DNA of 47,216 bases from Syncephalis fuscata S228 (lineage: Eukaryota; Fungi; Zoopagomycota): the NCBI GenBank assembly GCA_025786725.1, contig JAHLTZ010000075.1, forward strand, positions 1 to 47,216, in the 5' to 3' direction. Of the stretch, positions 40,481 to 47,216 are shown in pieces (positions within the stretch are counted from its first letter, which is position 1; every line of letters starts with the position of its first letter). The position numbers and the translations under genes were made by a program. Under the pieces are notes generated by a model, which was given only the letters and a program-made list of their open reading frames with translations, did no database searches and had not been told where the DNA came from.

Positions 40481-42394
40481 ATGTCATGGATAAGACAACT
40501 AACTAATTAGTAAAATATAATAAAAATCGACACTTTATTATAAGATGGGTAAATCAAGTATGTATTGATAGTGAGCATGTGCTACACATAATCGAATATA
40601 GGTATGTGTTGAGCAATCCAAGAAATAACCTCTATCTCTATAATTAGATCATGACACTGTAACAACATCCTGCCATTTTTATTGTCAAGTGAATTATACA
40701 GATGACTGACATTATAACGATAAAACTGATATCTTATTAGTACAATAGCTGATATTGAATTGCTACGCATTTACACATAGTATAAATTGTATATTTTATA
40801 ATTGAGAATGGTGCCAATACTACTTTACTATTTACTTTAGTTGTATATGCTTTTATGGAACAAATGGCTGATATAAATAATCCTGAGTGCACATTTTGAT
40901 ATAATAGATGGATATTTTCTTTTCTCCTGTTTAATAACTTACAACATTATGAAATCATTGTTTATGATATGTAACTATATTAATCCTTATTTTAACCAAT
41001 CAATGCCCTCATGATAGCATTTTGACAATATCATCCGCTATTGTCTGCTTTCTTCTCAAGTACATCTTATACAATCCAAAGTATAACAGCACGTGTGTAT
41101 TTTAAGTTTTATTAAACACTATGTACAATGTTTTTGTTTCATGCGTTACTTTCTTTTAGCGCTATCGTTCTAGCTACATCATCAATAGTTAGATTGTTAA
41201 TAAACGCAGTCTAACATGGTATGAGGATAATGACTTACTATAAGCTAAACCAGTAAGCCCTTGAGCTGCCAATCTTTTTCTATTGGTTTCTGCTTTGGCT
41301 TGTTTTTTATATTCCATTTTGCTTAACTTGTCAGAAGTGGTTTCATAAATGTGGACAGTACTTATGTCTTGGATGATTACCAATTGATATGAAATTTACA
41401 GCCGCTATGCACTCGAAATTGCTGGTAATTGGCTAGAGCTTTTTATTGTGTCTAGTCTAGTGTCTGCATATTGTATTGCATATAATTTAGGCAATGCAAT
41501 TTAGTCTACAGCTGAAAACTAATAAAAATGACTTGTTAAAATATTTCATTACTCAAAACGCCATGATGCATCATGCTACAAACAATACTTATTGTATAGT
41601 TGATTTCAGGTAATTTGGATTAGCCGCCATGTGAATGATGGTAGTTGCACAACACATAGCATGATACGCCTGAATGTGATGGATTTGTGAATTCAAAACG
41701 ATTATTACTCCGTAACAATGGGCATAGTATCGAATGAAATGTATAGATGTACTAATCAATACACTTTATAATTTAAGGAATTATAACTGGCTTATGTATG
41801 GCAGTAGAGACCTGTATAAAATACCAGTTTAATATATTAAACCTGTTTTTGCATCATTGTTGTGCGCTATTTTGTATGCATGCAGATATTGGGGACCGAT
41901 TCATTCGGGGGAACTGACAGCACAGACGTCTTTGTCGTGTTTACAAAACCAAGCAATATACTTGTTTTACCAAATAGTTAGACCGTATAACAAAGAATAC
42001 AAACTAATATTTTATTTTTATCGCATATGTACTGATTATAGCGTTGTTCCATTATTCGTGCGAATGAATAGCAGATTGGAGTAAAGGCTGGACAGGTTGA
42101 AATCAAGACTGGAGCATCCTATCATGCCATGAATTTATGGGTACACGCGCACCTCAAGTCATTGTTTGAATTGCTTTATTGGCTTATACTACACATCAAT
42201 GTTATATCTCGTATACTACAGTATACTAGCATCCCAACATAGCCGTAAGTTTAAATAGCCCACAAAATACACACAACCAACTGCGATATCATCATCACAC
42301 TCTACTTTCTGCTAAACACGCACTACTCTCCACTCTATACCAATCACACTCTACTATCTCTTTTATTTATTTGTCTTAACAAATCAACATCATC

Positions 42395-42604
42395 ATGAAG
42401 CTTTCCATTGCCGTCGTTTGCACCGTCGTTGTGGCTTTGATAGCCGCTACAGCCATGGTGGATGCCAATCCAGCCTTAGTCCGTCGTGGCCCCAAGAATC
42501 CTGCTAAATGCAAGGAATGCATTAATGAATGTGAAGGAGTCCCTAAACCTAGCATGAAAGAAAAATGCAACAAGCCTGGCAGATGCAAGGCGGAATGCGC
42601 ATAA
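42395..42604 (+). CDS. Small secreted cysteine-rich prepropeptide (69 aa)
   Basis: Signal peptide MKLSIAVVCTVVVALIAATAMVDA, propeptide NPALVRR (dibasic site), 38-aa mature part with 6 Cys. CT-rich leader and atcATG context. Confidence 0.88.
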   Translation: MKLSIAVVCTVVVALIAATAMVDANPALVRRGPKNPAKCKECINECEGVPKPSMKEKCNKPGRCKAECA

Positions 42605-44335
42605 TCGATGATTTCAAGAAACTAGCATTGGTAGCGCAATTGAACTACTAGTCCAATACTCTTTGGGTATATATTCGGTGAAAAGCAAGACTATTTGACA
42701 ACTACACCGTTCAGTCTATTTATATATCAAGTTTTGGCCAATGCTTCAGTTTATGCACCTCCAACCAATAAAATCACTATTTTACCAACAAGCTTGCATC
42801 TAGTTGTTTCTATTCAGTTGCACAAACATGTAATAAGCTTATGGTTCCATCATAGCTATATACAATCAAATTGTTATATCTATAAGCATGGTATATTTGC
42901 ATCCAATAATTAACTATTAACCAAACAGTTAAAATAACAAGAGATGTACAATTATGCTGTATTAGCTATAAGCATAGGATGGTGAATATTTTAGATATAT
43001 ATATTGGCAATAAAATTGCCTGTGTTTATTTGTAGATATACCATGAATAGCAACAAATCTATCACTATCATATGGTGAAATGATATTGTACTGGTATTGA
43101 TATAAGGATAGTTGTTGATTGTTAACAACCTGGCACTAAATTGTAACGACTAGCAACTTAATGACTATTGTCTTGCATACGCTTACTTCTATCATCTAAG
43201 TGCTAGTGGCTACTAATTAATTGCTTACATTAATATAACATGAACCTAATGCTATTACAAAATAGACAATAAATAATTCTCCTGTTTAATTATCAATTAT
43301 TACAGTTAAGATTTTAACAACTAAATAGCACCTGTAGCTAAGGCAGAGAATGAATATATAACCAAATATATAGATATATTTATTGTAATCCAATAAAGCT
43401 AGTATCTTATAGTAAATACTATTGTTAATGGAACTTGAGGCTTGTTCCTATGGTTGCTCATATGTCAGTAAATAACAATTATTTACTAGCTATGTCCTTG
43501 GATAGCTGTTTTTTATGATTGTTAGTGCTAGTGTTTAGTATACTCTTATTGTGACTATTTACATGTTATTTTGGCATGTTGTTTGATTCCATGGTGGATG
43601 TCATGGATCAATCGCTAGTAGACAATTACGTACTTATAATATTGTAATTTTGTATTATAACAACATTCAGTCATTTTTATTGTCGATTAAGGCCAACCTT
43701 GCCTACAGTTGTCGATGCTGTTAATAACGGCTAGCTAGCAGCAAACAGTGACCTATACTTTAATTGCTTACAATAGTGTACATGTTCATTTGAGTGTATA
43801 ACAATTGATGTATCAGTAGGCTGACATAAACATGTGTTTATTGTTGCTAGCAGTACTAATATCAGCACCATACTAATTAGCAAAGCAAGTAATATACTGA
43901 ACAACAAACTGCACCGCTGTTGACAGCTAGTTAGTTGTATTCATATACTACAACCATTGTATATATCGTTTTATTGATATATGGTATCGTAAGCACCGCG
44001 ATATTACATTGTTTTTATCTTGCTACTGTATCTATCTTGATTATAGTTGTTAAACAACGGCCACTTTCTTATAAATGTTTTCATTTATCATCAGTCTAAA
44101 TAGATTATTCACTTTATTGTAATAGCACTAAAACTAAAGCTGTTGGTAACTGTAGAACAGTATTCAGTTACTTGAATCATACTACAGTATTAACATGTTA
44201 CAATTAGCTATATTTGCTATAAATACAGCTGCATCATTCGTGTAAATAATAGCATTGATGGTTTATTCAGTTATTTCATTTGTGCCAAGTATAATGCATT
44301 AATATCAAACAACTTGTTTGCAATTTAATACAATT

Positions 44336-44470
44336 GAGTTCATATGACTACACTCGATAGCACTCTAACGGTTCAACTACGTATTTGTATGTACGAAATA
44401 AAAGCGAATGGTGAGCGACATTAGTCATCGAAATACGCATTATTATAGATTTAGTATCTCGTATGTATAT
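44336..44470 (-). repeat. Degenerate R copy
   Basis: gagttcatatgactaca..tggtgagcgacattagtcatcgaaatacgcattattatagattt aligns with 36194-36425. Confidence 0.75.
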
Positions 44471-45049
44471 ACCATTCATTCATCTATATCATTACTATTC
44501 TGTATTTATTACATTGTATATTGATTGATCATGTAATAAACACAGCCTATTTACAACTGATATTTGTTATCACTAGTTTTATTTGCTATAGTTTCAACTC
44601 ACTGTACCTACTCAATTGTCTATGTATAGCTTCACGGCTATTTTATTGATTTATTCAGTTTTAGACTATTCTATACTCTACCCATCATGCCTTATTAGTA
44701 AAATTCGTTTATTTGCTACTAATTATATTGTCTGTAGGCTTTGATTTGGTTTACTCAGACATATACACACATGCACATGCTATACTTTTGTTGCTGATAG
44801 TTCCATAGGCTGTAGAGCCTGTAATCGCTAACAACAATGGCCAAGTAGCATTATCTGTTTAAATATACTACAGTCTACAAATCCAAACGTGCTAGAACTT
44901 GTACTATTGCTACGTTTGAAAACGTCAGTGTTCAGAAAGAAATACTGATGAACAAAACTACTTAAGCGGTGAAATAAAGCAAAAAAATAAACAGCAAAGA
45001 GGTAACAGTGCATGTAGCCAGCACAGCTGTAAATGATGGCAGTGATATT

Positions 45050-45620
45050 TATATGCTGCCAAAGTTACTGTATGCTTTGGTTGCCATAGATTGCCACTGC
45101 GGATCGTGCTGACAACAGCCTGTACCGTCTCAACAGTAATAGGTCGCACTACCATTGTTGAGGTAGCAAAGCTATTGCCAAATGGCTTGCAATTGCATTC
45201 AATAGCAAAAACAAAGTATACACTTAACATAGCATACAAATAAGCCATAAATGCACTTACTGTGTTAATAAAGCTGCCAGCACCAATGATTGGAATAAAG
45301 AAGGTGATTAGCAAATAAGGCAAGATTGAAAAGAGCAATACAAGAGAGTAATGTAAATAGTGTTTGCATTTAACTAGTAGTCAACTACTGCCACTATCTA
45401 GATGGCATGTATGCAATGTGCAAGCATATGCAATGTATATATACTGTCAAGTACAAAGCAAGGGAAAGGGAAATGTAGTGACGTAGATTGTATGTTATAT
45501 TGTTAATATGAATAAACTAAAACAATAATGTCACTTGACACTAAAACTACTTATTATCATAGAACGAGTTGTCAGCATAATAGTTAGTATATTAAAAAGT
45601 CATATGACATCAAAAACACG
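45050..45620 (-). repeat. Diverged inverted paralogue of 8270-8970
   Basis: See the 8270-8970 entry; it lies between outward-facing R copies. Confidence 0.85.
45265..45369 (-). CDS. Candidate 34-aa small ORF MQTLFTLLSCIALFNLALFANHLLYSNHWCWQLY
   Basis: Homologous ATG and stop to 8634-8720; hydrophobic N-terminal 20 residues. Confidence 0.3.
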   Translation of the reverse strand: MQTLFTLLSCIALFNLALFANHLLYSNHWCWQLY

Positions 45621-46039
45621 CATTAATCTAAAACATGTTTATCAACAAGATAATAAATATAATTTAAAAGTCATTTAACACTTAATACCATTTCCTGTTC
45701 ATAATATTATGCCAATATACTTATAATATCGGGATCGTAGCAACATACTTGTATTATTTGTTTTATATTATTTGTTTGCCCATTGAGGTATATTGATCAG
45801 TCAAAGCCTGTTGATAATAAAGCTAGTAGCAAAAACAGCGATTTTGAATAGTGCATTGCCATTATATAATAGAATTATATTAATAGAATAAATATACATA
45901 GAAAAACATAAAAAATAATGTTAAAGCTATAAGGCATATAATATGATGAGAGGACTGAATAAAGTATATTAAAATATATAATAAACGAAATGTAGCTAAT
46001 ATGGAATAAAATGGCAATGATATAAGTGAATAGAAAACA

Positions 46040-46247
46040 TATGCAAACTGGATAATGACTCTATAATGATGAGTATTTTAAACTTTAATGTCATTTATCA
46101 CTCGTCATCATGCTCAATAGATTAAATGTTATTAAATGTTTAAGGGGCGGCAGGCAAATGCTGCAAATGCGCGTTTAGGTCCTACGTACCGTTGTCTTAA
46201 GCTAATAAATCCGAATCCGAATGTTATTAAATGTAGTCATTTGACTC
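46040..46247 (+). repeat. Degenerate R copy with a GC-richer internal insert (~46140-46215)
   Basis: actggataat..atgatgagtattt..tcatcatgctcaatagattaaatg and terminal gaatgttattaaatgtagtcatttgactc. Confidence 0.75.
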
Positions 46248-46355
46248 GCAAATTACATAATACATTTAATAAAACATATAACGTGCGCAATTATTCGTAT
46301 AGCAAAAAAGAATATATTAAATAGTAGATATTAACGTTTTGATTGTTTTTAAAGC

Positions 46356-47216
46356 TGTTATTGCCAAGACATTGTATGAAGAACCCCGTGTATAAAGCGG
46401 ATAATTGTATAGGGGTCGTTTGTCAATCCACTGACATCTACTACTCAATTGTACTACCAATCTGCCACTATAAATAATCATTCAACTTGAATATCCACAA
46501 CTAAGGCCGTAGCCATTTATTTTCATGCTATCCGGTATTTTTAGAACAGTATAAAATGTATTTACCATGACACCAGTTCACACTAATAGTTGTTTATATT
46601 TACTAAAAACAGTCAACGCTAGCAAAGAAAATCTTTTCTGCATGACACTGTGACCAAATTGGGCTGTTTAGCATGCTCATCCCAAACCATCGAAGCATCC
46701 GTGTGTTGAAAAGCAGAATCTAAAACAAAATAAAGCAAGTAGCTAGATAGGTTGGATAAAACACAATGTTTGAAGTTAGTGTAAAGCCGCAGATTGATTG
46801 TGTGTAGTAAGTTAATTAATTTATTAAATGGATAAGTATTTGGTTCAATGTACACAATAATACTAAGATAGAAAAGGAAAGAACATGAAATTAATTACTA
46901 GATGCTCAAGTCTGACTTTAGATAAGTGTTTATGGAATTAAAAGATATTGTTAATAGATTCGGTTGAGTAGTTTGGCCGGTTAGTATATAACTTGTTTGG
47001 TAAGTGATGTAGCCACATTAAGTGTGATCACTTGCTTGCATTTATATACATATTTTACACTTGCATAACACTTTGGTCGATCAGCCACGGTTGTTGCTTA
47101 TAAGCTGGATAAGTAGCAATATACATCATGGCTCATTAAAGTAAGTAATTTTTATTTATACAAGTTAGCAGGTCATTGATTTGCCTTTCTAAGCATGTTG
47201 ATGTGCCACACCTTTA
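46356..47216. repeat. Inverted segmental duplication B, right copy; may extend beyond the window
   Basis: RC of 9656-10512. Confidence 0.97.

Noticed and set aside
40800-41383. TAA/TAG read as Gln (alternative code), or a gene at 41189-41383
   Set aside because: Conserved genes here end in TAG/TAA, and stop density in this AT-rich stretch is near chance; no recognisable motif.

Overview
Eukaryotic, AT-rich, intron-dense DNA with short GT-AG introns, CTAAY branch sites and several 8-25 nt micro-exons. It is most consistent with an early-diverging fungus (inference: Zoopagomycota/Syncephalis-like). The window has two compartments. (1) A core block at ~10.5-32.6 kb carries OSCA/CSC1 channel, ACO2-type aconitase, HUL5/UBE3C-type HECT ligase, ERG10-type thiolase, four orphan small-protein genes and an aldo-keto reductase whose 5' end is missing. 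(2) Repeat-rich flanks (1-10.5 kb, 32.6-47.2 kb) share two near-identical staggered inverted duplications: A (1-3066 vs 32567-36062) and B (9656-10512 vs 46356-47216). The flanks also hold at least seven copies of a ~100-340 bp dispersed repeat (R) whose ends carry a GTCAnnTGAC palindrome or variant. Two R copies act as ~220 bp terminal inverted repeats of a 4.5 kb transposase-less, gene-carrying (Pack-MULE-like) element that sits at the AKR truncation. Other flank content: a duplicated gene with a 54-bp coding VNTR (2 vs 10 units), a 14-exon non-RD Mek1/Chk2-like kinase with a degenerate FHA, a secreted Kex2-type 6-Cys cationic peptide, paired small ORFs ending SNHW(H/C)WQLY, and several relics. 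Many -1 homopolymer frameshifts at 23-35 kb look like long-read consensus errors. All alignments and identities were judged by eye; no searches were run.
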